The notes: generated from the letters alone by a model not told the origin. Shown: positions 34,689 to 43,723, counted from the stretch's first letter. The stretch is 52,675 nt of DNA from a virus (IMGVR_UViG_3300009506_000045:1-52675); one strand, 5' to 3'. Made by a program: numbers and translations.

Positions 34689-35699
34689 ATGACGTCCGAC
34701 GCCCCGCGCGAGCCTTTGCATAGGTCCGGCACCTGGACACCCCCGCCCCTCTCGTCGACCGTGCTCCGGGACCACGAGCGCTGCCCGCTGAGGCCGCGGC
34801 TGCTGGAGTATGGGAAGGACCAGATCGGCTCCCTGCCCGCGGCGGCCGGGGTGATCTTCGACGACCTGCTCCGGAGGCGCCTACGGCTTGACCTCTCCCT
34901 GCCGGAGCGGGACGAGGACGTGGCCTGGATCTCACCCCTGATCCTGCCCCAGGCGCGCGTGCTCGGGAAGCGCCTCTACCAGGCCTACCTCCGGTCCGGG
35001 GCCTACGACGCCCTCCTCAGCGAGGACGTGAGGGACCCCGACCCCCCGCGAGCCTGGCGGGCGCTGAGAAGGGCGGGCCCCGCGGTCGCGCTCGGCTGGT
35101 CGGGGACCGAGGAGGAGGTGCGCGAGCAGGTGCGGGCTGCCCGAGACGAGGGAGCCGAGGCCTACGTGCTCTCCGCCCGGCTCGACGGGCTGCTGGACGG
35201 GCCAGGGGTACCGCCAAAGGGCGAGGGTCCACCTCGCGTGATCGACTACAAGACGACCGGGGTGCTCCGCGGGGCCTCGGTGCCGGGCGGCTACGTGCGC
35301 CGGTGGCGCGGCGGGGTGAACCTCGGAGGGGACCAGCTCCCCGGCCCGCCGGTCGGGAGGCCCGGCTGGCACGACCAGCTCGGCTTCTACGCGGCCATGA
35401 GCAGCACCCACCACGTCGGCGTGGAGGCGGTCGTCGTGGGCCGAGGCTGGCGGACCGTCGACGTCGCGTCCTACCGCTGGGACGTCGCCTCGGCGGAGCT
35501 CCTGGTGATCGTGCGGCGCTACCTCGAGGCGGCCCGCTCCCTGGCCGGCCCGTGCCCGACCGTCGAGGCCGGGGCGCGATGCTGGGCCTACAACCGGCTC
35601 TGCCGGGCCGCGGACCGCTGCCCGGCCAGAGGAGGTGAACCAGGAGGTGAACCAGGAGGCAAACCAGGAGGTGAACCAGAAGGTGAACCGTGTGCCTGA
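34689..35699 (+). CDS. Cas4/AddB-like PD-(D/E)XK nuclease, copy A
   Basis: 'LSS...ERCP', 'LDG...IDYKT', 'QLGFYA', 'CWAYNRLC...RC' (Fe-S-type Cys set). Confidence 0.8.
   Translation: MTSDAPREPLHRSGTWTPPPLSSTVLRDHERCPLRPRLLEYGKDQIGSLPAAAGVIFDDLLRRRLRLDLSLPERDEDVAWISPLILPQARVLGKRLYQAYLRSGAYDALLSEDVRDPDPPRAWRALRRAGPAVALGWSGTEEEVREQVRAARDEGAEAYVLSARLDGLLDGPGVPPKGEGPPRVIDYKTTGVLRGASVPGGYVRRWRGGVNLGGDQLPGPPVGRPGWHDQLGFYAAMSSTHHVGVEAVVVGRGWRTVDVASYRWDVASAELLVIVRRYLEAARSLAGPCPTVEAGARCWAYNRLCRAADRCPARGGEPGGEPGGKPGGEPEGEPCA
35631..35690. repeat. 12-bp tandem repeat x5 of GGAGGTGAACCA (Shine-Dalgarno-containing)
   Basis: Units at 35631, 35643, 35655, 35667, 35679. Confidence 0.9.
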
Positions 35700-36133
35700 G
35701 CCTGGTCGACGAGATCCACGACCCGCCCCTCGAGGAGGAGCGGACCGGCTGGAAGGTCTTCGCGCGCGGAGGCTACCCGGTGATAACGGGGCTCCGCAGG
35801 GAGGTCCCTACGCGGGTCTGGGTCGATGAACACGGTTACCGGATCCGTGCGCGTTTGGAAGCGATCCGCATCACCAACGACGTATCGTACCCGACCGGGT
35901 GGCACGTTTTCACCAACCTTGACGGAGCGAAGGCCCTTCACGCGCAGCTTCAGTCGGCCTGGAACCCCTGCCCCATCCACCGGGTTCGTTACCGCAGGAT
36001 CGTCGCGGAGGGTCTACAGGGCTCCCGGCGGGTCGACGTAGCGAAGGAGATCTACCTCGAGGGGCGATACAGCTTCGAGGACGGGACCGTCGAGGAGGTC
36101 GGAGATAGCTCAGGGGGTGAACCGTGTGCCTGA
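35690..36133 (+). CDS. MCL/GWHVF-family paralog 1, unknown function
   Basis: MCL...ERTGWKVF...YPTGWHVF...RVRYR..V..G...VDVA. Confidence 0.85.
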   Translation: MCLSLVDEIHDPPLEEERTGWKVFARGGYPVITGLRREVPTRVWVDEHGYRIRARLEAIRITNDVSYPTGWHVFTNLDGAKALHAQLQSAWNPCPIHRVRYRRIVAEGLQGSRRVDVAKEIYLEGRYSFEDGTVEEVGDSSGGEPCA

Positions 36134-36585
36134 CCAGCTTGCAACGGCTGTACGCTCAGCCGGTCATGGAGGAACGGGTCGGCTGGAAGGTGGTAGCCCG
36201 AAGGGGCGACACCTACACCCTGGCGATGCAAGGTCGGCGCGACGAGGCCCTCCCAGCTCGGGTCTGGCTCCACGAGGCAGGCTACCGTAGCTACGCGGAC
36301 CTCTCCGTGCTGAACGCCGGGGATACCATCCCCGCCGTCGGCCCAGAGTACCCAACCGGGTGGCACGTCTTCCGGGAGCTCCGAGCGGCACTAGCCTACC
36401 GCCAGGACCTAGCATATTTTTACGTGAACCTTACCCCCGTGGTCGTCCGGGTGCGCTACCGACGAACGGTCGCGACGGGATGGCAGGTCAACCCGGCCTT
36501 TGGCAGGGCGGTGGTCGAGGTGGCGGAGGAGCTTCTCCTCGAGGGGACCTTCGAGGAGCTGACCGGAGGTGAGCCGTGTGCTTGA
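36124..36585 (+). CDS. MCL/GWHVF-family paralog 2
   Basis: Same motifs as paralog 1. Confidence 0.85.
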   Translation: MCLTSLQRLYAQPVMEERVGWKVVARRGDTYTLAMQGRRDEALPARVWLHEAGYRSYADLSVLNAGDTIPAVGPEYPTGWHVFRELRAALAYRQDLAYFYVNLTPVVVRVRYRRTVATGWQVNPAFGRAVVEVAEELLLEGTFEELTGGEPCA

Positions 36586-37061
36586 GCAAGGTGCTCGCCG
36601 CCTACCCCGAGCCCGAGGAGCGGGAGCTTAGCGGCTGGAAGGTCTTCTACAGGGAGCCGAACGGCTCGCTGCAATCGCTGTTTTACGGCGCGGTACGTTG
36701 GCCCGCCGGGCTGCCGATCGGTACCTGGGTCCACGAACGCGCGGGGCGCATCGACCCTTCAGAGAGGGTCGGGCCCCCCCGTTTTGGCACCCGGGTCAGC
36801 CGCCAGCCAACCTACCACCTCGGCTGGCACGTCTTTCGGACCCGCCGAGCGGCCGAGGCCTACCGCTGCGCGGAGCATGAAGCGGAGGTGGTCCGGCGGG
36901 TCCGGTACCGGAAAATGGTCGTCCGCGGCCGGCAGGAGGGCTACCGGGTCGACGTCGCCCTGGAGCTATTCATCGAGCCTGAACCACATATCAGCGAACG
37001 AGGAGACACCCGATGCCTGAGACCCGCGAGCCGGTCGTCGCCGACGCGATCGACGCCCTGA
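36576..37061 (+). CDS. MCL/GWHVF-family paralog 3
   Basis: Same motifs as paralog 1. Confidence 0.85.
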   Translation: MCLSKVLAAYPEPEERELSGWKVFYREPNGSLQSLFYGAVRWPAGLPIGTWVHERAGRIDPSERVGPPRFGTRVSRQPTYHLGWHVFRTRRAAEAYRCAEHEAEVVRRVRYRKMVVRGRQEGYRVDVALELFIEPEPHISERGDTRCLRPASRSSPTRSTP

Positions 37062-38092
37062 GCTCGAGCAAGCTCGCCGCGTGCGAACGCTGCCCCGAGC
37101 GCTGCCGGCGCCTCTACTGCCGGGGGCCCCGCGAGCACGTCCACTCGGTCTACCAGGCCGCCGGCGCCGTGCTCGGCGGCCGCGCGAAGCGCTGGCTCGC
37201 GGAACGGCTCGATCTGCCCTGCCCGAGCCTCAAGGAGCTCACGGGCTGGGTCTCGCGGCTCAACGTGCGCGGCTGGAGCCTCGGGGGCCAGCTCTGGGAG
37301 GGCCACCGGCGGACGGGCGGCCTCAAGGCGCTCGCGCGCGAGGTGACGGCCGTGGAGCCGACCCGGCTGCTGCCGGGCGCCGAGCCCGACCCCAAGGACG
37401 CGCACGGCAGCGGCTGGCGCGTGCGGGGCGAGCTCGAGGGGCGCCCGCTGACGATGCGGCCCGACGTGCTCGGCCTCTCGGGCCTGCCCGGGCCGTGGAT
37501 CGGGATCAGTCTGGGCCCGGCAATGACGCACAACACGATCCAGAGTCGGAGCCCCCTCGAGGCTGCACGGCTCCAGTTCGACACGGTCCTCGACCTCAAG
37601 ACCGCGGGCGTCGTGCGCGGGGCGAGCGGGCATCCGCTCTACCTGCGGCGCTGGAAGGGCGGCGTCGACGTCGGGATGCACCCCGACCTCGCAGCGCGCG
37701 CCCGGGAGGCCGCGGTGGACCGGGAGGGCCGCCCGGTCCCGGCCGGGGCGCGTGACCCCTACTCGCTCCTCGCGATCGAGGAGCTCCCGCCCGAGTGGGC
37801 GCTCCAGCTCGGCCTCTACGCGCTCGGGCTCGGCGTGCGTCGGGTCGGAATTGACCTCGTCTACGCCCGGCCGGGCTGGCGGGCGGTCGAGTGCGTGCAG
37901 TATCGGGCCCACCTGACGGGGCGCTTCGAGGACGAGCTCCGGGCGCGCGTGCGGCGCTTCTGGGCGTGGGCGGACGCGACGCCGGCCGCGGAGCCGGCCG
38001 AGGCGCGGCCGGGGCGCGAGACCTGCTGGGCCTACAACAGCCTCTGCGAGGTCGGGGAGGACTGCGCGGCACGCCTCGAGGCGGGTCTCTGA
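37013..38092 (+). CDS. Cas4/AddB-like PD-(D/E)XK nuclease, copy B
   Basis: 'LSSS...ERCP', 'RPD...LDLKT', 'QLGLYA', 'CWAYNSLC...DC'; paralog of copy A. Confidence 0.8.
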   Translation: MPETREPVVADAIDALSSSKLAACERCPERCRRLYCRGPREHVHSVYQAAGAVLGGRAKRWLAERLDLPCPSLKELTGWVSRLNVRGWSLGGQLWEGHRRTGGLKALAREVTAVEPTRLLPGAEPDPKDAHGSGWRVRGELEGRPLTMRPDVLGLSGLPGPWIGISLGPAMTHNTIQSRSPLEAARLQFDTVLDLKTAGVVRGASGHPLYLRRWKGGVDVGMHPDLAARAREAAVDREGRPVPAGARDPYSLLAIEELPPEWALQLGLYALGLGVRRVGIDLVYARPGWRAVECVQYRAHLTGRFEDELRARVRRFWAWADATPAAEPAEARPGRETCWAYNSLCEVGEDCAARLEAGL

Positions 38093-38095
38093 GCC

Positions 38096-38152
38096 CCGGG
38101 GTTATCTCGATCTGACCGTCGACGTCGCCCTGGAGCCTGTTCATCGAGCCTG
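38096..38152 (+). pseudogene. Internally deleted relic of a fifth MCL/GWHVF gene
   Basis: CCGGGGTTATCTCGATCTGACCGTC matches 38471-38495 and is fused to GACGTCGCCCTGGA..TGTTCATCGAGCCTG matching 38655-38684 and 36951-36981. Confidence 0.75.
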
Positions 38153-38189
38153 GGGTCACCGAGCCGGGTAACGCCCAGGAGGGTCTACC

Positions 38190-38732
38190 GTGTGCCTCAA
38201 CGTGATCGAACGAACCTACGATCCTCCGCTCCAGGAGGAACGCGTCGGCTGGAAGCTCTTTCAGACGAAGGGCGGGAAGCTCTATCCCGCGGCCCGCGGG
38301 ATCGGACCCTACCGAAGCGGAGCCTGGCTCGATGAGGTCGAGCATCGTGAGCGTCCTCCCTGCCCGGAATCTAGCTATATCGCCAGCCGTAGCCTCAAGA
38401 TCTACCGGACCGGCTGGCACGTGTTCCAGACCAGGAAGGACGCTGAGGAGGCTCTTCGATGCTTCTCGGCCCGGGGTTACCCCGATCTGACCGTCCGGAA
38501 GGTCCGCTACAAGGGGATCGTGGTATCGGGGCGAGAGGAGCATCCTCTACCCGGCTACCGTGGTCTTACGCGGGGAACGTGTGGCGGTCACCCGGTGCCG
38601 CGGGGCGTCACCACCGACCTCACCGTTTCGATCCCTACGATCGCTCTGAACGTCGACGTCGCCCTGGATCTGTTCATCGAGCCTGACCCACGGAGCCCGG
38701 AGCCTGACCCACGTCCCAACCTTACGAGGTGA
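38190..38732 (+). CDS. MCL/GWHVF-family paralog 4
   Basis: Same motifs, with a ~30-aa insertion before VDVALDLFIEP. Confidence 0.85.
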   Translation: MCLNVIERTYDPPLQEERVGWKLFQTKGGKLYPAARGIGPYRSGAWLDEVEHRERPPCPESSYIASRSLKIYRTGWHVFQTRKDAEEALRCFSARGYPDLTVRKVRYKGIVVSGREEHPLPGYRGLTRGTCGGHPVPRGVTTDLTVSIPTIALNVDVALDLFIEPDPRSPEPDPRPNLTR

Positions 38733-38736
38733 CGTC

Positions 38737-38958
38737 ATGCAAGAGATCCGGACACGAGACGCCACGGTTTACGGTTCACCCCGCGTGGTGGTCGCGGAGA
38801 CGAAGCACCGGATCCTCGGCCACTGCCCAGCTTGCCAGGTGGCGGTCGTGATCATGGTCGAGGAGAAGGTCGGCCGAGCCGGCTGGGTGCTGACTCGAAA
38901 CGAGACATATTGGGACCCGGACCAAAGCGAGACCGGCTTGGTCCCGCATACCTGCTAG
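38737..38958 (+). CDS. Small CxxC protein
   Basis: SD GAGGTG; CPAC. Confidence 0.55.
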   Translation: MQEIRTRDATVYGSPRVVVAETKHRILGHCPACQVAVVIMVEEKVGRAGWVLTRNETYWDPDQSETGLVPHTC

Positions 38959-38990
38959 GTGCCAAAAGTGGACCCTTCTAGGCTCCGGCA

Positions 38991-39244
38991 GGAACCTAGG
39001 AACCTTCGCCGAACCTAACCAAAAGGCTAGGTTCGGTTGGAAGTCAGGGTGGGGTAAGAGTTTACGTGGGTCAGGAACCTAGGAACCTAGGAAGGTGTAT
39101 ATCCTCTATACACGTAGAGATACAAGACAAATCTTCTCTGTATTTTCCAGGTGGTTTTTCTTAGGTTCCTAGGTTCCTGCGAAGCATCAAGATAGGTCAG
39201 GATAAGGGATTACAACGGAACCTAGCTCCGAACCTAGGAACCTG
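38991..39244. promoter_or_regulatory. Candidate replication origin (or packaging site): GGAACCTA iterons around an AT-rich core
   Basis: About 11 (G/C)GAACCT(A/T/G) copies in both orientations; perfect 18-bp IR 39072-39089/39162-39179 around an AT-rich spacer. Confidence 0.75.
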
Positions 39245-39335
39245 TAAGGAAATCTTACGTATCAGAATGAGACACTCCCCTCCCTCCCCGAATTAGCCCT
39301 TGTGTCAACCTGGATCAGCGGGTAGACCTGCAGGT

Positions 39336-39818
39336 ATGGGCATCAACGAGGAGCTCCGCGCGTCCCCTGAGCCGACCCCGCGGGATCTCTCCGACTTCAT
39401 CGCTGACCGATCCTTCATCTGCGAGCGGCAGTTCCAGCGTCTTATCGGGGCGATCGAAAAGTACGAGCAAGACCACGGTGTCTCGTTCTGGGGCCACGTC
39501 GTCGCCCGGGCGATGGCGGACGACGTCATGCTCCGTCACCTGCTCTCCAAGGTCCTGCCCTACCAGCACCAGCTCCAGGCCATCCCCTCACCTACCAACA
39601 GATCGACCTGGTCCGAGGAGCAGCGGATCCGGGAGCTCCGGGCGAAGTTCTACCGTGAGGTCGAGGGGGTAGGTGCCCAGGTCCCACCCCTCGAGGCGGC
39701 GCCCCTCCCCCCGACCGACGAGGTCCTGGAGGGGGAGGTCGTGTCCAGCGAGCCGGCGGAGGAGCCTGGTGGGGTTGACGTTCCCGGTGGCGACCCTGGA
39801 GGTGGGCCTGGTGGGTGA
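39336..39818 (+). CDS. Putative terminase small subunit
   Basis: Upstream of TerL; helical with an acidic tail; call is positional. Confidence 0.5.
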   Translation: MGINEELRASPEPTPRDLSDFIADRSFICERQFQRLIGAIEKYEQDHGVSFWGHVVARAMADDVMLRHLLSKVLPYQHQLQAIPSPTNRSTWSEEQRIRELRAKFYREVEGVGAQVPPLEAAPLPPTDEVLEGEVVSSEPAEEPGGVDVPGGDPGGGPGG

Positions 39819-39899
39819 CTTCCTCGTGGGCTTGTTGCTAGGCATCCTGATCGGGGCTCTCTGGGCGCACGTGTTCCAAGATGAGACGCGGGGGTAGAG

Positions 39900-41441
39900 G
39901 TGCTCGAACCGTACACCTCCCCTACGTGGGAGGAGACCTGGCTCTGGATCCGGGACAAGAGCGGCCGGCTGATCCCCTTCGTTGAGAACCCGATCCAACG
40001 AGCCTACGACCGAGCCCTCGAGGACGCGTTCCGGCTGACCCCGCGGCGCCACGCCCTCGTGCTCAAGTATCGCCGGGGAGGGATCACGACCCGGGAGCAG
40101 GCTCGCTCGTACCGGGCGGTGGCGACCCAGCGGTACCAGTCCGTCGTGACCGTGGCCCAGGAGGCGGACGCCACGACCCAGATCTTCGAGATCGCGCGAA
40201 CCTTCGACGAGCTCTACCGTGGCCCCTCGAAGCGGGGCAACAAGCGTGAGATCCGTTTCGACGACCACAGCTCCGCGTTCCGGATCGGGACGGCGGGCAA
40301 GACGGCGTTCGGTCGTGGGGCCACCTACCAGCGGGCGCACCTCTCGGAGGTCGCCTTCTGGCCGGCTCGGGTGGACGTGCCTCGCATGGTCGCGGCGATC
40401 ACCGAGGCCGCCTCGCACGGGGAGGTGATCGCGGAGACCACGCCGGGTGCGGTCGGTGACTGGTTCTACACCACCTGGAAGGATGCCCGGGAGGGGCGAA
40501 ACGACTGGGCTACCGTCTTCCTCCCCTGGTGGCACGACCCGACGCTACGGGTGCCGCTGACCCCGGACGCGGAGGCGGGGCTCCTGGAGACGCTCACGGA
40601 GCGGGAGGCGCACCTCCGGGACCACGAACACCTGGACGCGAGGCAGCTCGCGTGGAGGCGGCTCAAGAAGAGGCAGCTCCGGAACCTGTTCGGGAGCGAG
40701 TACCCCGAGGACCCGATCACGTGCTTCCTGCGCTCGGGCCTCTCGTTCTTCGACGTGCCGCGGTTGTCGGAGCTCATCGGTCGGTGCCGACCTTTCGTGG
40801 CGGAGGAGCGCTACCCCGGCGGGAAGCTCCGTATCTGGCACCCGCCCGAGGAGGGGGAGGCCTACTCGATCGGGGTCGACGCCTCGGATGGGATCGACGG
40901 GGGTGACTACTCCTGCGCGGGGGTGCTCCGGGACCGGGACGGGGAGCAGGTGGCCGAGCTCCACGGCCTGTTCCGGCCGCGAGACCTGGCGCACCACGTG
41001 GCAACCCTCGGCCGCCGATACCACACGGCCCGGCTGGCCGTCGAGAAGAACGAGCATGGCCACGCGGTCCTGCTCTCGCTCACCGACCCCCGGCACGAAG
41101 ACTATCCCCGGGGGCGCCTCTATCGAGCCTGGACCCGGACCGCCAAGGGGGCCCTGTCTCGATCGTCTCGTTTTGGGTGGACGACGAACGCGGAAACGCG
41201 TACCGTGTTGCTGGGTGACCTGGCGCGGGCCCTCGAGGGCGACGTGCTCCCGGACGGTTACGGGGACCCCGGGATGAAGGTCAACTCCCCCGAGCTCCTC
41301 GAGGAGTGCTTCTCGTTTCGATCCACCAGAGCCGGTAGGTACGAAGCGGAGGCCGGACGCTACGACGACCGGGTCATGGCGTGGGGCATCGCATGGCAGC
41401 AGCGACAGGATCGGATCACGACCCCCGGGCTCGTGACGTGA
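39900..41441 (+). CDS. terL: Terminase large subunit
   Basis: 'LKYRRGGITT', 'HLSEVAFW', 'ETTP', nuclease 'IGVDASDG..DYS', 'VEKN', 'DDRVMA'. Confidence 0.95.
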   Translation: MLEPYTSPTWEETWLWIRDKSGRLIPFVENPIQRAYDRALEDAFRLTPRRHALVLKYRRGGITTREQARSYRAVATQRYQSVVTVAQEADATTQIFEIARTFDELYRGPSKRGNKREIRFDDHSSAFRIGTAGKTAFGRGATYQRAHLSEVAFWPARVDVPRMVAAITEAASHGEVIAETTPGAVGDWFYTTWKDAREGRNDWATVFLPWWHDPTLRVPLTPDAEAGLLETLTEREAHLRDHEHLDARQLAWRRLKKRQLRNLFGSEYPEDPITCFLRSGLSFFDVPRLSELIGRCRPFVAEERYPGGKLRIWHPPEEGEAYSIGVDASDGIDGGDYSCAGVLRDRDGEQVAELHGLFRPRDLAHHVATLGRRYHTARLAVEKNEHGHAVLLSLTDPRHEDYPRGRLYRAWTRTAKGALSRSSRFGWTTNAETRTVLLGDLARALEGDVLPDGYGDPGMKVNSPELLEECFSFRSTRAGRYEAEAGRYDDRVMAWGIAWQQRQDRITTPGLVT

Positions 41442-43723
41442 GGCCGGGCGTGTTCACGGTGGAGAAGGGGGTTCCGGACCTGGACCCTGACTTCAGGCTC
41501 TCGGAGCGGCTTCGCGAGGCTCGGGGCGACAGGGTCAAGGACCCGTTCGAGAACCACGTTTGGGTCTACGCGGCGCTGCATCGGATCGCCACCAACCTCT
41601 CGCAGGTTCCGGTCGAGGTCTACGTAGAGCAGGCTCCGAGCGTGCAGAACGAGGCAGCGCACGTCGTTCAACGCCAGGTCTGGGTCCGGGGGCAGGGGAT
41701 GCAACCGGTCGCGGTTCGCCGGCGCCCCCGGGTGACGCGCTATATCAACGCGCAGCCGGCCCACCGGGTGGCTCGCGCGGTCTACCTCAAGGACCTCGTT
41801 GAGGTCGAGGGCTCTCCGTGGACCGAGCTCTTCGATCGGCCGAACCCGTATACGACGGGAATCGGGCTCTGGTACCTGACGCTCGTGCACATGTACGCGA
41901 ACCGGGGAGCGTTCTGGGTGCTCCTCGGGAAGAGCGGAGCACCTCGGGACAAGGGGGAGATGCCGGCGGAGATCTGGGTCCAGCCGGCGACCGCGTACAC
42001 GGCCGCCATCGACCAGAACCGACAGGCGCTCCTCTACTGGAAGCGTTCAGATCGGCAAGGTGCGAACCTGGACCCGCACCAGGTGGTCCGCTTCGGGTTC
42101 CCCAACCCGTCTGACCCGTTGAAGTTCTCGACGCCCCTCGGGCCGCTCGAGAGCGACCTGCGCCAGGACCTCAAGGCGAGTCGGTACAACGAGGCCTTCT
42201 TTGACAACTCGGGCGAGCTCTCGGTGATCCTCTCGACCGACCAGACCCTCAACGAGGAGGAGGCGAAACGGATCCAGAGGCAGTTCGACGACCGACACAG
42301 CGGCCCTGGACACCGAAGCCGGACGGCGGTTGCTCACTCGGGGCTTCATGCGGAGGTCGTCGGGGTCTCGCAGAAGGACATGGACTTCATGGAACAGCGA
42401 CGGTGGAACCGTTCCGCCGTGCTCGCGACGACCGGGACCCCCGAGGCTGAGCTCTCTATCTATGAGAACCTGATCGAGTCGAACGCGATCAGCCAGAACC
42501 GAGCCTTCTGGGAGAAGACCTTGATCCCCGTGGTGAGGTTCGTGGAGGCGGCGCTCTATGCTCAGCTCCTTCCTGGCCCCGAGTTTGCCTTGTTCGACCT
42601 GGGCGGGGTGCGAGCCCTGCAGGCGATCTTCACCGAGCAGGTGGACCAGGCGCAGAAGCTCTTCGCGATCGGAGTGCCCCTGAACGAGATCCATGAGAGG
42701 TTGGAGACGGGGCTCGAGCCCCACCCGTGGGGTGAGGTCGGCTACCTGCCCTTGAACCTCGTGCCGGCTGATACGCTGGGGGGCCCAACGGGGGACAACC
42801 CTCCGCCGGGTAACCCTCCGCCGGAAGCGCCACCGAGCGATGCCCCGTCGGATGCCCCGTCGGATGCCCCGTCGGATGCCCCGTCAGATACCCCGTCGAA
42901 AGCCCGACGCGCGGTCCGGTTGGGCGGGCCGACGTGGGGTCGGATCGTGGAGCGGGTCTTCGCTCCGACCGAGCGGGCCTTCGGGAAGGTCTACCGTCGC
43001 TGGGCGGTGGCGCTACGTCGAGCCCAGCTCGACCTCCTGGAGCAGGCCGCCCGGGACGGGCTCCTCGGGGCGGCGGCCGAGGTGCCGGAGCTCAAGACCG
43101 GTCGAAAGGTGCTCACCTCGACGTCGGTCGAGGCGATCCTGTTTGCTCTCGACGATTGGGGCCGGCGTCTTACCGAGGTCACGCGGCCGGAGTACGAGCG
43201 GATCGCGAGCCTCTCGCTGGAGCAGGTCGCGGCCGAGCTCGGGGGCGTGTTCACCTTTGACCTCACCGACCCCCGGTTGTTGACCTATCTCGGGGACAAG
43301 GAGATCAAGATCCAGCGGGTCGCGCAGACGATCCGTGAGAACGTCCGGAACGAGATCATCCAAGGGCTCGCGGCGGGCGAGGCTCCCGGAGCGATCCAGG
43401 ATCGGGTCAAGCGGGCGTTCAACTTCGCGACGAGCCCGCGGCGCGCGCTTATGATCGCGCGTACGGAGGTCGGGCAGACCCAGGGTGGGGTACGGAACAT
43501 GACCTTCGAGGCGGAGGGGGTCAAACAGCACCAGTGGGTGACGGCTGGGGACGAGGCGGTTCGGGACGACCATATTACCCTGGGCGGCACCCCCGAGGTG
43601 CCTCTGGGGCACAACTTCATGGAGGACCTGGGGGAGGACGGGGTCTTGACGTTCCCGTCCGATCCGCAGGGACCTCCGGGACAGATCATCAACTGCCGGT
43701 GCGTGGCGATCGCGGTCCGGTGA
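41438..43723 (+). CDS. Portal protein fused to MuF/SPP1-gp7-like head morphogenesis domain
   Basis: HK97-portal motifs 'WVYAA', 'FFDN', 'KDMDF', 'NEI'; Pro/Ser linker; C-terminal 'IARTEV...QWVT..D..VRDDH...P.D....IINCRC'. Confidence 0.9.
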   Translation: MRPGVFTVEKGVPDLDPDFRLSERLREARGDRVKDPFENHVWVYAALHRIATNLSQVPVEVYVEQAPSVQNEAAHVVQRQVWVRGQGMQPVAVRRRPRVTRYINAQPAHRVARAVYLKDLVEVEGSPWTELFDRPNPYTTGIGLWYLTLVHMYANRGAFWVLLGKSGAPRDKGEMPAEIWVQPATAYTAAIDQNRQALLYWKRSDRQGANLDPHQVVRFGFPNPSDPLKFSTPLGPLESDLRQDLKASRYNEAFFDNSGELSVILSTDQTLNEEEAKRIQRQFDDRHSGPGHRSRTAVAHSGLHAEVVGVSQKDMDFMEQRRWNRSAVLATTGTPEAELSIYENLIESNAISQNRAFWEKTLIPVVRFVEAALYAQLLPGPEFALFDLGGVRALQAIFTEQVDQAQKLFAIGVPLNEIHERLETGLEPHPWGEVGYLPLNLVPADTLGGPTGDNPPPGNPPPEAPPSDAPSDAPSDAPSDAPSDTPSKARRAVRLGGPTWGRIVERVFAPTERAFGKVYRRWAVALRRAQLDLLEQAARDGLLGAAAEVPELKTGRKVLTSTSVEAILFALDDWGRRLTEVTRPEYERIASLSLEQVAAELGGVFTFDLTDPRLLTYLGDKEIKIQRVAQTIRENVRNEIIQGLAAGEAPGAIQDRVKRAFNFATSPRRALMIARTEVGQTQGGVRNMTFEAEGVKQHQWVTAGDEAVRDDHITLGGTPEVPLGHNFMEDLGEDGVLTFPSDPQGPPGQIINCRCVAIAVR

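Noticed and set aside
34689-38092. CRISPR-Cas adaptation module
   Set aside because: Cas4-like motifs only; no cas1/cas2 and no repeat-spacer array
35690-38732. Diversity-generating retroelement (TR/VR) explaining the paralog repeats
   Set aside because: No reverse transcriptase, and differences between copies are not adenine-specific
39185-39212. TCAAG...GGATAAGGG as a fifth promoter cassette
   Set aside because: Spacing is too short and the GTCTTAGA and leader parts are missing
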